A stretch of DNA of 64,000 nt from Anaerolineae bacterium (GTDB lineage: Bacteria > Chloroflexota > Anaerolineae > Aggregatilineales > UBA3940): the NCBI GenBank assembly GCA_034435035.1, contig DAOTXW010000068.1:25643-89642 (forward strand), written 5' to 3'. A program made the position numbers and the translations under genes. Under the pieces are notes generated by a model that ran no database searches, had not been told where the DNA came from, and saw only the letters and a program-made list of their open reading frames with translations. Below, in pieces: positions 28,213 through 37,403 of the stretch (its first letter is position 1; each line of letters begins with the position of its first letter).

Positions 28213-28241
28213 ACTTTACCGCTGGCGTCCGCTAACGCCAA
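28213..28241 (-). promoter_or_regulatory. Candidate promoter for the FHA-wHTH regulator gene
   Basis: On the minus strand, TTGGCG (28236-28241) - 17 nt - TAAAGT (28213-28218). Its -10 box is back-to-back with the -10 of the kinase promoter. Confidence 0.35.
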
Positions 28242-28280
28242 GCGCCACGCACCTGCCTGCGTGATAGAGGAACAAGCCTT

Positions 28281-29279
28281 ATGCTGCCGCCGTTGAAGCC
28301 GGACAGTATCCTGCGATCGCGTTATCGCATCGATGGGATTGTTGGCCAGGGGGGGATGGGCTCAATCTACCGGGCTGAGGATACCCGTCTGGCAGGTCGT
28401 TTCTGCGCGATCAAGGAAGTCCAGGTCGATGCACGCCTGGCCTCTGCCGAGCAGGAGCAGGCCCGCGAGCAGTTCTACCGCGAAGCGACCGTCTTAGCAC
28501 GCCTGGACCATCCCAACCTGCCCAAGGTATCGGACTTCTTCGATGAGGGGGGGCGCGATTTCCTGGTGATGGACTTCGTGCCAGGAACGGATCTACGCCA
28601 GAAAATTGAGGAGGCCAGCAGCAGCGGCAGCTTTTTGAGTGAGCGGCAGGTTATGGACTGGGCGTCCCAGCTGTGTGATGCTCTCGCCTACCTCCACAGC
28701 CAGGATCCACCGGTCCTCCACCGGGACATCAAGCCAGCCAACATCAAGTTAACTCCAGATGGGCTGATCAAGCTGGTTGATTTCGGGCTCGTCAAACTCA
28801 TGGTGCCCGATGACATCCGCACCATCACCATTGTACAGGGGCGCGGCACCGCCGCTTATACACCTCTGGAGCAATATGGCGGAGACATGGGGCATACAGA
28901 CCCACGGTCCGATATTTACTCGCTGGGGGCAACACTTTACCATCTGCTGACCAACCAGACGCCGGCAGAAGCTAAGGTCAGGTTTCTGCAGCCATCTGCC
29001 CTCATCCCCCCGCGGACGGTCAATCCGGCCCTCAGTCTGCGCACCGAACAGGCTATCCTCTGGGCTATGTCGATGCACCCTGACGATCGCCCATCGGATG
29101 TCGGAACGCTTCGCGATCTCCTGCTTTCGACCGGGCCGCTGAACCTGTGGCCAGCGCTGGTTGGTCAGCAGCGTCTTCAGCAGGTAGCGCCGGTGAATCG
29201 AGCGCTGGGTGCTGCTACCGTGGTTCTGCTGTTAATCGCCCTTCTGGTCACGCTGTTCGCGCCATCATGGACGCCGTAA
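28281..29279 (+). CDS. Hanks-type Ser/Thr protein kinase with a C-terminal membrane anchor
   Basis: 332 aa. Contains GQGGMGSIY, AIKE, HRDIKPANI, DFGL and a C-terminal hydrophobic helix. Confidence 0.85.
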   Translation: MLPPLKPDSILRSRYRIDGIVGQGGMGSIYRAEDTRLAGRFCAIKEVQVDARLASAEQEQAREQFYREATVLARLDHPNLPKVSDFFDEGGRDFLVMDFVPGTDLRQKIEEASSSGSFLSERQVMDWASQLCDALAYLHSQDPPVLHRDIKPANIKLTPDGLIKLVDFGLVKLMVPDDIRTITIVQGRGTAAYTPLEQYGGDMGHTDPRSDIYSLGATLYHLLTNQTPAEAKVRFLQPSALIPPRTVNPALSLRTEQAILWAMSMHPDDRPSDVGTLRDLLLSTGPLNLWPALVGQQRLQQVAPVNRALGAATVVLLLIALLVTLFAPSWTP

Positions 29280-32099
29280 GCTCTGGTTCAGGCGCTCGCT
29301 TCGAACACGCATTATCACCAGCACCCCGCCAAGGCCCAGCAGCCCTCCAATCCAGGTAGCCGTTGCCGGCCCCCAGGCATCTCCCATCAGCGCATGCCAG
29401 GCCGCTGCGCCGGGCAGCATCAGCGCATAATAGTTGTACCCGAACAGGCCCAGCACCAGCACTGGCAGCGCGAGCAGCAGCCCATAGTTAAGATCGTGCG
29501 TTCGCAGGCCGAAGACATAGACTCCCAGAGCCAGCGCGACAAGACCGCCAAGCGCCAGATACAGATCTGCAAAGTCCACACTCGGGCTGGTCGGGGGCAG
29601 TTCGGTGGGCAGCGCAGGAACCGGGGTCGCCACGCCGCTGCCCTCAATCGGCGCAGTGGGTGTCTCCGTGGGTGGCGGGGTGCTGGTGGGGACTGCCGGC
29701 GTGCGCACAACAATGGTTCCTTCGCCTGTCTCGGTGATCACCAGTTGGATGGTTTCGGAGTTGCGGGCGGGTGGGCTGACTGCGGATATCTGTAGCTCAC
29801 CCGGGCGATCGAGTAGAAGATTGAGCTGTGCGACCCCCCCGGTCGTGGTCAGCGGCTCGCTATTGCGCAGGCCCTGGTTGACATAGTTGACAACAAACTC
29901 AACAGGCGTACCATCGGGAACCGCATTCCCATTGCGATCGACAATCACACCAGCGCTGAGCTGGATCGTATCGCCCTGGCGCGGGGCCAGTTGAGCATCC
30001 TCCCCGGCATCCGGCTGGCCAGCCCGCTGGATTTGGTAAGTAAGGGCGATGATCTGCGCGGGATCGGGCGCAGTAGCTTCAAGTATCTGATAGTTCGCCG
30101 CAGCAACGGATACCGGCGCGGCTCCTGGCAACGGCACCCCCTGAAAGAGCGCCCGGGCAGCTACATCGATGAAAGGCTGGCTGTAGCCATACAGTGCGTA
30201 GTATGCCGTCAGCTTACTCACCTCGGTGGCGTCCAGATAATACGGCGCGCCCAGCGCCATAACCACAATCTGTGGGTCGTTGGCAACTGGTGTGCTGGCC
30301 AGGAAACGCTTCACAGCATCGGACGATGGCAGCTCGGGGGTCACGTCCAGCATGACAAACACGATCCAGTCAGCCTGCTCCAGAGCGATGGCCAGCTCAT
30401 TCGGCTCCGGCGTCGCATCAGCAGATGCCGGCTGCAAGCCAAAGGTCAAGTAGTCAACCAGCTGCGCGAAGCTGAAGCTCTGAATGGTCGCCAGGCTCAC
30501 CAGTCCGGTTGCCTCTGGCCCATACTGGCGCAGAATCGCAGATTGCAACGCGTCGACCGGTACCAGAGGATGCTCAACACAGGTGCTGCATCGCCGTTCT
30601 GTCCGGTTGTCCGTGATGATCACAATCCGGTCGTCGGGACCCGGTGATACCAGAAGTTCGGCCTGGTCTGGTGACAGCAGGGTCAGAGCATTCTGGGCAA
30701 TGCTCAGCGTAACGCCTTCCTGCTGCCCGAGGCTGGCAAGGTCGCTAGACGCGGGCAGGACATTCTCAAGCTCAAACGTGCCGTAGAGATCGAGTTTCTT
30801 CCTAAGGATTCGCCGTACGGACTCGTCAACGCGCGTCTGGAAGGCTGGATCCTCTTCATACTGCTGAACGAAGAACAAAATGGTATCTATCACAGCTTCA
30901 GTCTGATCGACCGGAGGGTTATTGCCGAAGGCGCCCAGATAGAGCAGGTCATTACCGGCCATAAAGGCTTCCTGCGCAATACGGCGATTATAGAAAGTTG
31001 TCTCCTGAGGATCGTAGAAGCGCCTCACGCCTCTCAGGCCCAGCGCATCGGTCATCAGCAGCCCTCCCGACGCCCGCCATGAAGCAACTGGCTCAAGGCG
31101 CAGCAGAACCTGAAGTGCCTGCGGATCAAGGCTGATAGGCCGTGTATCAAGGCGAGGATTATCCCCCTGAAAACCGCGGTACTTGATGTGCCCGGTCATG
31201 AGGCCATCTGCCACTACCGGCGGATCTGACAGATTGGCTGTCACAGCGAAGAAGGGCTTCAGATCGGATTGAATGAGCTGATCCAGAGAACGCCGAATGG
31301 TTGGGATTTCAACTGTGGCCAGGCGATCCGCGCCGCCGTGCCCGGGGAAATAGCGAGGGATCACCAGCATGCGCCCCTGGCTCCCCTCATGAACGCCCCG
31401 GACATAGGAAGTGACCATGCGCGACACCCAGAAAGGCTCACCTCCGAACTCCCGGGTGCCCAGATCGCCGGTGGTGAAGGGCTGCGGATTCTCGACGACG
31501 TCGGCGGCAGGGCCCAGCAGGAGATTGACTCCCAGCGCCGCCAGTTCTTGGCCAACGACCGTGCCCGTCGCCTCAGCAAACGCAGGATCCCATGTAGCGC
31601 CGATGGCCATATTGGTCGGCATCGGGGTCAAACCCGACTCCGAAGGCAGGTAAGTCCCTGCAAGGCCCTCCGGCTCGACCCCGATCAGAAGCGGCACGTA
31701 GGGCCCAGGGCTAATCGGAGGGCCCGGGATATCGGTCGGCGGGAACTGCCGCCGCTCGGCTGCCACCGTCTGCAGCGCAACGGTCAGCTGGTAGGTATCT
31801 TCGACGAGGCCGCCGGTGCCTGTGAAGTTGTCGTTCGCTGCAACCAGAATGACCCCACCTACCCGATAGCGCGTGATCAGCCGGTAGATGGACGACTCAG
31901 GGCCAACATCGCTGCCATAGAAGGTAACCAGGAACAGCTGCCCAACACGATCCTCAACGCTCATCTGCGCCAGAATCGCTTCCACCTCCGGATCGAGCTC
32001 CGTCTGCGCAGGAGGCTGCAGCAGCGCGCTCTGGAGATTGAGGCTCAGGCAGATCAGCAGAATATCGAGTATCCGGCGCATCGGTCTAAACGGGGCCAT
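29265..32099 (-). CDS. Glycoside hydrolase family 3 (NagZ/beta-hexosaminidase-like) multidomain protein with Pro/Thr linker and C-terminal transmembrane helices
   Basis: 944 aa. Signal-like N-terminus, MSVEDRVGQLFLV, RYFPGHGGADR. C-terminal PTSTPPPTETPT linker and 3-4 hydrophobic helices. An alternative ATG is at 32081. Confidence 0.75.
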   Translation of the reverse strand: MAPFRPMRRILDILLICLSLNLQSALLQPPAQTELDPEVEAILAQMSVEDRVGQLFLVTFYGSDVGPESSIYRLITRYRVGGVILVAANDNFTGTGGLVEDTYQLTVALQTVAAERRQFPPTDIPGPPISPGPYVPLLIGVEPEGLAGTYLPSESGLTPMPTNMAIGATWDPAFAEATGTVVGQELAALGVNLLLGPAADVVENPQPFTTGDLGTREFGGEPFWVSRMVTSYVRGVHEGSQGRMLVIPRYFPGHGGADRLATVEIPTIRRSLDQLIQSDLKPFFAVTANLSDPPVVADGLMTGHIKYRGFQGDNPRLDTRPISLDPQALQVLLRLEPVASWRASGGLLMTDALGLRGVRRFYDPQETTFYNRRIAQEAFMAGNDLLYLGAFGNNPPVDQTEAVIDTILFFVQQYEEDPAFQTRVDESVRRILRKKLDLYGTFELENVLPASSDLASLGQQEGVTLSIAQNALTLLSPDQAELLVSPGPDDRIVIITDNRTERRCSTCVEHPLVPVDALQSAILRQYGPEATGLVSLATIQSFSFAQLVDYLTFGLQPASADATPEPNELAIALEQADWIVFVMLDVTPELPSSDAVKRFLASTPVANDPQIVVMALGAPYYLDATEVSKLTAYYALYGYSQPFIDVAARALFQGVPLPGAAPVSVAAANYQILEATAPDPAQIIALTYQIQRAGQPDAGEDAQLAPRQGDTIQLSAGVIVDRNGNAVPDGTPVEFVVNYVNQGLRNSEPLTTTGGVAQLNLLLDRPGELQISAVSPPARNSETIQLVITETGEGTIVVRTPAVPTSTPPPTETPTAPIEGSGVATPVPALPTELPPTSPSVDFADLYLALGGLVALALGVYVFGLRTHDLNYGLLLALPVLVLGLFGYNYYALMLPGAAAWHALMGDAWGPATATWIGGLLGLGGVLVIMRVRSERLNQSLRRP

Positions 32100-32289
32100 T
32101 TCAGGTCAGGTGATGAGATGAAGTATAACGCGGGGCTGCCTCTGCCACCAAAGCCGCTACCATCGACTGCACGTAGGGTAATCGGCGCATGCACGTTGAT
32201 ACCTGCCGCAGGGAGTATGCTATTGTAGAGATGCGGACGCCTTCTTCTCCTCCTCAATGAAAGATGTCGCCATCCTCTGGCGGCATTTT

Positions 32290-33096
32290 TCATTTGTTGC
32301 CATATTCGCGGTCACGACGAGCATCGCTCAGCCCGGTCACAGCCAGGACGGAGAGGGTGAGCAGGCAGCCAGGCGCAACGGCGATCCATGGCGCGGCCCG
32401 GAGATAGGTGCGCCCTTCGCTGATCAGACGCCCCCAGCTCGGTACAGAAGGCGAGCCGGCCAACCCAAGAAACTCAAGGGCAGCCAGATTCATAAGCGCC
32501 CACGCATAGATGACGGGGGCAAAAGCAGCAGCCTGCATGCCGACATTAGGCAGCAGATGCCGAGCCACAATGCGCCACCAGTCTGCCCCCAAAGCACGCG
32601 AGGCCTCGACAAACAGACTTGCTCGCACCGAAAGGACTGCACCGCGCACCAGGCGTGCACAGGTTGGGACAAGAGCCATCCCCACGCCAATGGCAGCTGT
32701 GAGTGTCCCGGTACCTGCCAGCGCGACAATCAGCAGCGCCATCAACAGCCCGGGCAGGGCAAGCCAGATGTCGATGATCCGGCTGAGGAATCGATCCGCG
32801 ACTCCCCCTACCCCACCGGACACAGCGCCGAGACTCGCGCCCAGGCCGAATGCCACGGCAGATGCGAGCGCCGCGCCAGCCAGGGTAGTGCGCCCTCCCC
32901 AGACAGTGCGGCTCCATACATCACGCCCAAAATGATCCGTCCCAGCAGGATGATCAGCCCCAGGTGGCCGGAACTGATTCTGCGGAGAAGCCGCCTGCGG
33001 ATCCAAGGGGGCGGTCAGCGGAGCCAGCGCCGCCAGCCCGACAATGGCAGCCAGCGCGCCAGCCCATATGCCAGCGAGCACACGTTGTCGCTTCAT
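32290..33096 (-). CDS. ABC transporter permease (DppC/OppC type)
   Basis: 268 aa with 6 predicted TM helices and a BPD_transp_1 pattern. Its start overlaps the stop of the upstream permease gene (33093-33096). Confidence 0.85.
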   Translation of the reverse strand: MKRQRVLAGIWAGALAAIVGLAALAPLTAPLDPQAASPQNQFRPPGADHPAGTDHFGRDVWSRTVWGGRTTLAGAALASAVAFGLGASLGAVSGGVGGVADRFLSRIIDIWLALPGLLMALLIVALAGTGTLTAAIGVGMALVPTCARLVRGAVLSVRASLFVEASRALGADWWRIVARHLLPNVGMQAAAFAPVIYAWALMNLAALEFLGLAGSPSVPSWGRLISEGRTYLRAAPWIAVAPGCLLTLSVLAVTGLSDARRDREYGNK

Positions 33097-34019
33097 GGCG
33101 CAGACAGGAGGCGGGGATCGAGCAAGACCCGCAGGGTATCGGCCAGGAGATTGAGCAAACTGTAGGCCAGTGCAGCCAGCAGAACAATCGCCGCCACGAC
33201 CGGCAGATCACGGGCAAGGACCGCCGCCAGCAGAAGGCGTCCCACCCCCTGGCGCGCAAACAATACCTCCGTGACCACCGCCCCGCTGAGAAGGTAGCCA
33301 AATTGAAGCGCCAGCAGGTCGAGCAGCGGCAGGAGGCCGATTCGCAGGCCATGCCGCCGAACTGCCCGCGACCGCGGCAGTCCGCGCGCCAGCGCTGCAC
33401 GGAAGAATGGCTCGTGCAGAGCCTGGGACAGGCCCGCATCAGCCGCCCGGGCGATGCTACCCGCCGTGCTCAGGCCCACGACCAGACTCGGAAGCAGCAG
33501 GCCGGTGGTAGCATGGTTCCCCCCGTCCGACGATCCACCCAGGATCACGCCAAAGACAAGAATGACCAGCGTTCCGGTGACGGTGACCGGGACCGCCAAT
33601 AGCAGGCCGGCCATGAGGCGAGCAGCGAGCTTTTCAGCACCCCGGCTTGCCGCCGCTGAGGTGATTCCCAGAAAGAGACCGATGATCGTGGCTACTATCA
33701 GTCCACCGCCGGCCAGTGAAACAGTGGCTGGAAGCTGATGGGCGAGCATGACTGAGACGGGCTGGCCAGTCGCCCATGACACACCCGTATCGCCCCGAGC
33801 CAGGGACTCCCAGTACTCCAGATACTGTACAGCCAGTGGACGATCCAGCCCGAGAGCTGCGCGGCGCTGCTCCAGGACGCGCTCTGTGGCAGTGCTTTGC
33901 TGAAGCGCTGCCACCGCGGGATCGCCCGGCAGTACATGGATGGCGAGGAACACCAGCGTTGCCGCAGCCCAGGCCGTTACAAGCGACGCGGCCAGCCGCC
34001 GCAGAAGCGATGCTGCCAT
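33093..34019 (-). CDS. ABC transporter permease (DppB/OppB type)
   Basis: 308 aa. N-terminal FLAIHVLPGDPA motif typical of DppB/OppB. Confidence 0.85.
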   Translation of the reverse strand: MAASLLRRLAASLVTAWAAATLVFLAIHVLPGDPAVAALQQSTATERVLEQRRAALGLDRPLAVQYLEYWESLARGDTGVSWATGQPVSVMLAHQLPATVSLAGGGLIVATIIGLFLGITSAAASRGAEKLAARLMAGLLLAVPVTVTGTLVILVFGVILGGSSDGGNHATTGLLLPSLVVGLSTAGSIARAADAGLSQALHEPFFRAALARGLPRSRAVRRHGLRIGLLPLLDLLALQFGYLLSGAVVTEVLFARQGVGRLLLAAVLARDLPVVAAIVLLAALAYSLLNLLADTLRVLLDPRLLSAP

Positions 34020-34022
34020 AGT

Positions 34023-35630
34023 TCAGTAGCCCAGCCCAATATCCGTTAAGTAGGGAAACCATCCTTGCGCGTCATAATGCAGCCCCTGGACGGCAGACAC
34101 TGCGGCATTAAGATTGACGGTCTCACGAATGGGCAGCACCAGGGCCTGATCCATGATCCGCTGCTGAACCTGAGCATAGAGCCGCGCACGCTCGCCCGGA
34201 TCTTGCGCCTGCTGGGCGCTAAGCAGCAGCGCATCAAGCTCAGGATCTGCCACCCGCGACCAGTTATTGCGCCCGCCAGATTGATAAAATGAATTCAGCA
34301 CGACAGGATCCAGCCCAGAGAAATTCAACGCGATAAGATGGTAGGCTCCGCTGGCAGCCTCCTCGCTGAGCATAGGAAATGAGGCCACCTGGCGAAGAGC
34401 TACCTGAACAGCAAGAGTGGACTCCCACTGCGCCTCGAGAAGCTGCGCCACCTCCGGGGTCAGGCTCCACGGAGGCACGACCACTTCCAGTTCCAGCGGC
34501 GCTCCATCCGCATCGCGCCAGCCGTCACCATCGGTATCTACCCATCCTGTGCTATTGAAAAGTGCCACAGCCTGCGCGGGGTCATACGCGTATCGCCCTT
34601 CGACTGCGCTATCATAGTAGAGGCTCGACGAGTTGAGCGGGCCATAGGCAATCGGCATGTACCCCTGATAGATAGCCTGCACGATGGCCTGGCGATCAGT
34701 CCCCAGTATCAGAGCCTGACGCACTGCCAGGTTGGAAGTCGGCATGCGCCCTGTATTGAAGAAGAACTGCAGGGGCTGCCCCGGCACCGGTGTGGGCAGC
34801 AGTTGAAGCGGGCTGTCCTCTGCAAGGCTCTTGGCATCCACCGGCAGTAGCTCCCCCATGATCTGCGCTTCTCCGCCCTGGAGTGCCAGCAACCGGGCAG
34901 CCGGGTCCTCATAGAAGCGGAAGACGAGCCGCTGCACAGCCGGTGGCCCCGCATTAGCAACTACTGGCGGCCCCCACGCATAGTCAGGATTGCGCTCCAG
35001 GACAAGCCGATCGTTGACCACGTACTCAACAAACCGGAATGGGCCGGTTCCGACTTGATGGAACTGATAAGTAGCCAGATCCCACGCCGCGAGGGCAGTT
35101 GGCGAAGCCATGCCCAGGTAAGGCTGGCTGAGGCCATCCAGCAGCGGCGCAAAGGGTTCTGAGAGCACCAGTGCCACCCGGGTTGCGTCGATCACCTCAA
35201 CACCGGTAACCGGGCCGAGCAGCTGCGCGGCCTTGAGCGAGCCGGTAGCTGGATCAAGGATGCGCTCGATGTTCACGCGCACCGCGTCGGCATTGAAAGG
35301 TGTGCCGTCATGGAACAGGACATCTGATCGCAGCGTGAAGGTATAGCGCAGGCCATCCGGGCTAACTTCCCAGGAAGTAGCTAGGCCGGGCACAAAGTCA
35401 CCGGTTTCCGCATCTCTGTAGACGAGTGTGTCGTACACGCTTCGCAGTGGAATGCCAAGCTCCGCTGAAGCGTTTATGTGAGGATCAATTCCGGACGGCA
35501 CCAGTGTGAGGCCATATACTAATTCCGGCCCCTGGGATACAGCCTGGTCACTGTCGCAGGCGGCCCCCAGCAGGCCGACTGCGGTCATCAGCACAATACT
35601 GATGGCCGTCGTGGGCAGTTTATGCCTCAT
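34023..35630 (-). CDS. ABC transporter substrate-binding lipoprotein, family 5 (peptide/nickel/oligosaccharide)
   Basis: Start set at [25 protein letters not shown] (lipobox LGAAC) with GGAGG SD at 35636-40. The body follows the SBP_bac_5 pattern. The 78 upstream codons of the listed ORF were trimmed. Confidence 0.85.
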   Translation of the reverse strand: MRHKLPTTAISIVLMTAVGLLGAACDSDQAVSQGPELVYGLTLVPSGIDPHINASAELGIPLRSVYDTLVYRDAETGDFVPGLATSWEVSPDGLRYTFTLRSDVLFHDGTPFNADAVRVNIERILDPATGSLKAAQLLGPVTGVEVIDATRVALVLSEPFAPLLDGLSQPYLGMASPTALAAWDLATYQFHQVGTGPFRFVEYVVNDRLVLERNPDYAWGPPVVANAGPPAVQRLVFRFYEDPAARLLALQGGEAQIMGELLPVDAKSLAEDSPLQLLPTPVPGQPLQFFFNTGRMPTSNLAVRQALILGTDRQAIVQAIYQGYMPIAYGPLNSSSLYYDSAVEGRYAYDPAQAVALFNSTGWVDTDGDGWRDADGAPLELEVVVPPWSLTPEVAQLLEAQWESTLAVQVALRQVASFPMLSEEAASGAYHLIALNFSGLDPVVLNSFYQSGGRNNWSRVADPELDALLLSAQQAQDPGERARLYAQVQQRIMDQALVLPIRETVNLNAAVSAVQGLHYDAQGWFPYLTDIGLGY

Positions 35631-35762
35631 CGCTACCTCCGATTCTTGCCAGGCATCTGTGAGGGTCGCATCGAGTATACGGGATCGCCGCCCGACCCGC
35701 CAAGAACCGGAAAACTCGGGGGTGGCAGGGGCAATTGAAACCGTGCGGGCCAGTGTTGTACA

Positions 35763-36740
35763 ATGTGCCACATGGCCACCCAGATCTACGGACGCTGCAC
35801 GGTGTGCGGTCAGGTGTTGAGCAAACAGCAGACCCACGGCGGCCGCCACTACTGCGATCTGCATTACGCTACATTCGTGCAGGATATGCCGCCATTGTGG
35901 CGTGCCAGCACACTCACCTTCGGGGTCCTGGCGCTGCTGGTGCTGGCCCTGGTGATCATCTCCCAGTTCGGTATTGGCTCGGAGACCGAGGTGGGCCGCC
36001 TCGCGCTGAGCACAGCTGTGGCGTCTATCCCTGTAGCGGCCTGGTTCGGGTTTCTGTTCCGCTCGGCCGCACGATCCGGCCCGGAGGTGTCTCCCCTGCT
36101 CCCAACCATCACGATCTTCGCCGGCCTGCTGGCGGCGGCAGTCGTGCGCCCTATCCTGTTCGACCTCCTGGACATGCGATACTGGCTGGCCGGGCTGTCA
36201 CCGTCAGGTCGGTTCGCTGCCAACATCACGCTGAACGGATTCGTTCACACCACCGCCCTGTATACGCTGATCCGCTACACGGTCTGGAGAACACCCGCCT
36301 TCGCCCACCGCGTTGACGGCCCGCTGTTCGCGCTTGGAGCCGGGCTGGGGTACGGCGCCATGCTGAGCCTTCTGGTCATGCTTGAAGATGGGAGTGTAAC
36401 CCCGTTGAACGGCGGGCTTGGCATCATAAGCCAGATCTGCGCATATCTGGCCCCCGCGCTCACTCTGGGGTACTTTCTTGGTCGCAATCGCTTTGAAGAT
36501 CTGCCCGCTTATTTCATGCCCGCAGGTCTGGCGCTCGCAGCCGGCGAGTGTGGACTCATGCTGTATGCGGGGCATGAACTGAACAGCACCCGGCTGAGTA
36601 TTTCCCAGGACGGCTTCAGCCCCTGGCCCGGACTGATCTTCAGCCTGGCGCTCCTCGTGATCACTTATGCGGCGGTCTTTGGGCTGCTCCGACGCCACAA
36701 CGCGCTAACCCGGGCGCGCCTGAGGAGCAAGGACTCATGA
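35763..36740 (+). CDS. Membrane protein with N-terminal zinc ribbon; PrsW-like topology but no evident protease motifs
   Basis: 325 aa. CTVCG...HYCDLH at the N-terminus, then ~8 hydrophobic helices. [10 protein letters not shown] resembles the PrsW GxGF segment, but the EExxK/HxxxD residues are not seen. Confidence 0.45.
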   Translation: MCHMATQIYGRCTVCGQVLSKQQTHGGRHYCDLHYATFVQDMPPLWRASTLTFGVLALLVLALVIISQFGIGSETEVGRLALSTAVASIPVAAWFGFLFRSAARSGPEVSPLLPTITIFAGLLAAAVVRPILFDLLDMRYWLAGLSPSGRFAANITLNGFVHTTALYTLIRYTVWRTPAFAHRVDGPLFALGAGLGYGAMLSLLVMLEDGSVTPLNGGLGIISQICAYLAPALTLGYFLGRNRFEDLPAYFMPAGLALAAGECGLMLYAGHELNSTRLSISQDGFSPWPGLIFSLALLVITYAAVFGLLRRHNALTRARLRSKDS

Positions 36741-37348
36741 CCACCGCCCCGAATTGGCAGGAACAGCTCGAAGAAGCTGGCTCCGATCTGACGCGGAATG
36801 ACCGTTTTTCATCCCTGCTCGTGATGGCTTTAGCCACGATCGGGATTGTCTCAGGTCTGCTGTTGCGCCAGACCACGCTGTTCAGCACCTGGCGGTATGT
36901 GAATCGCGAGGCAGGTATTGAAGCATCCTACCCAGCTGGCTGGCTGGTCGATGAGCGAGGCAGTTACATTGCGAGGCTGCGCGACGCCAGTGCGCGACCC
37001 TACAAGACGCAGTACCTGATCACAGTGGTGCCGGTGGGCTCACCCGCATCCGTACGCAGTGCGCTGGACAGCCTGACCCTTCAGCGCTCCGTAGAGCTGC
37101 CCGCCTATCGGGTCCTGAGCGTCCAGGAACTCGTGCTTGCAGACCGCTCCGTCACACAGATGGAGTTCGCCTTCGTCGACACGGACCCCAACCCCTTCAT
37201 CCAGCGGCTGCCCATTGTTGTACGGGGGTTGGATCGTGTGGTGCTTGACGGAGGCCGGGCGATCGTGGTCACCTATCTGGCGGCTGAGGCCAGTTTTGCG
37301 GAGAATCTTCCCGACTTTGAGCGCTTCTTTGCTTCCTTCCAGTACTAG
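36737..37348 (+). CDS. Hypothetical membrane-anchored protein
   Basis: 203 aa with a single N-terminal TM helix. ATGA start/stop overlap with the upstream gene suggests translational coupling. Confidence 0.5.
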   Translation: MTTAPNWQEQLEEAGSDLTRNDRFSSLLVMALATIGIVSGLLLRQTTLFSTWRYVNREAGIEASYPAGWLVDERGSYIARLRDASARPYKTQYLITVVPVGSPASVRSALDSLTLQRSVELPAYRVLSVQELVLADRSVTQMEFAFVDTDPNPFIQRLPIVVRGLDRVVLDGGRAIVVTYLAAEASFAENLPDFERFFASFQY

Positions 37349-37403
37349 CCGGCAGGGCGACACCCTCCCGGCTCAACCGGTGCATCCTCCAGTGAGAGGC
37401 CGG

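Noticed and set aside
32257-33165. 302-aa plus-strand ORF and several others nested in the ABC permease region
   Set aside because: They are antisense to typical DppB/DppC permeases and have hydrophilic Arg/Gln/Pro-rich composition.
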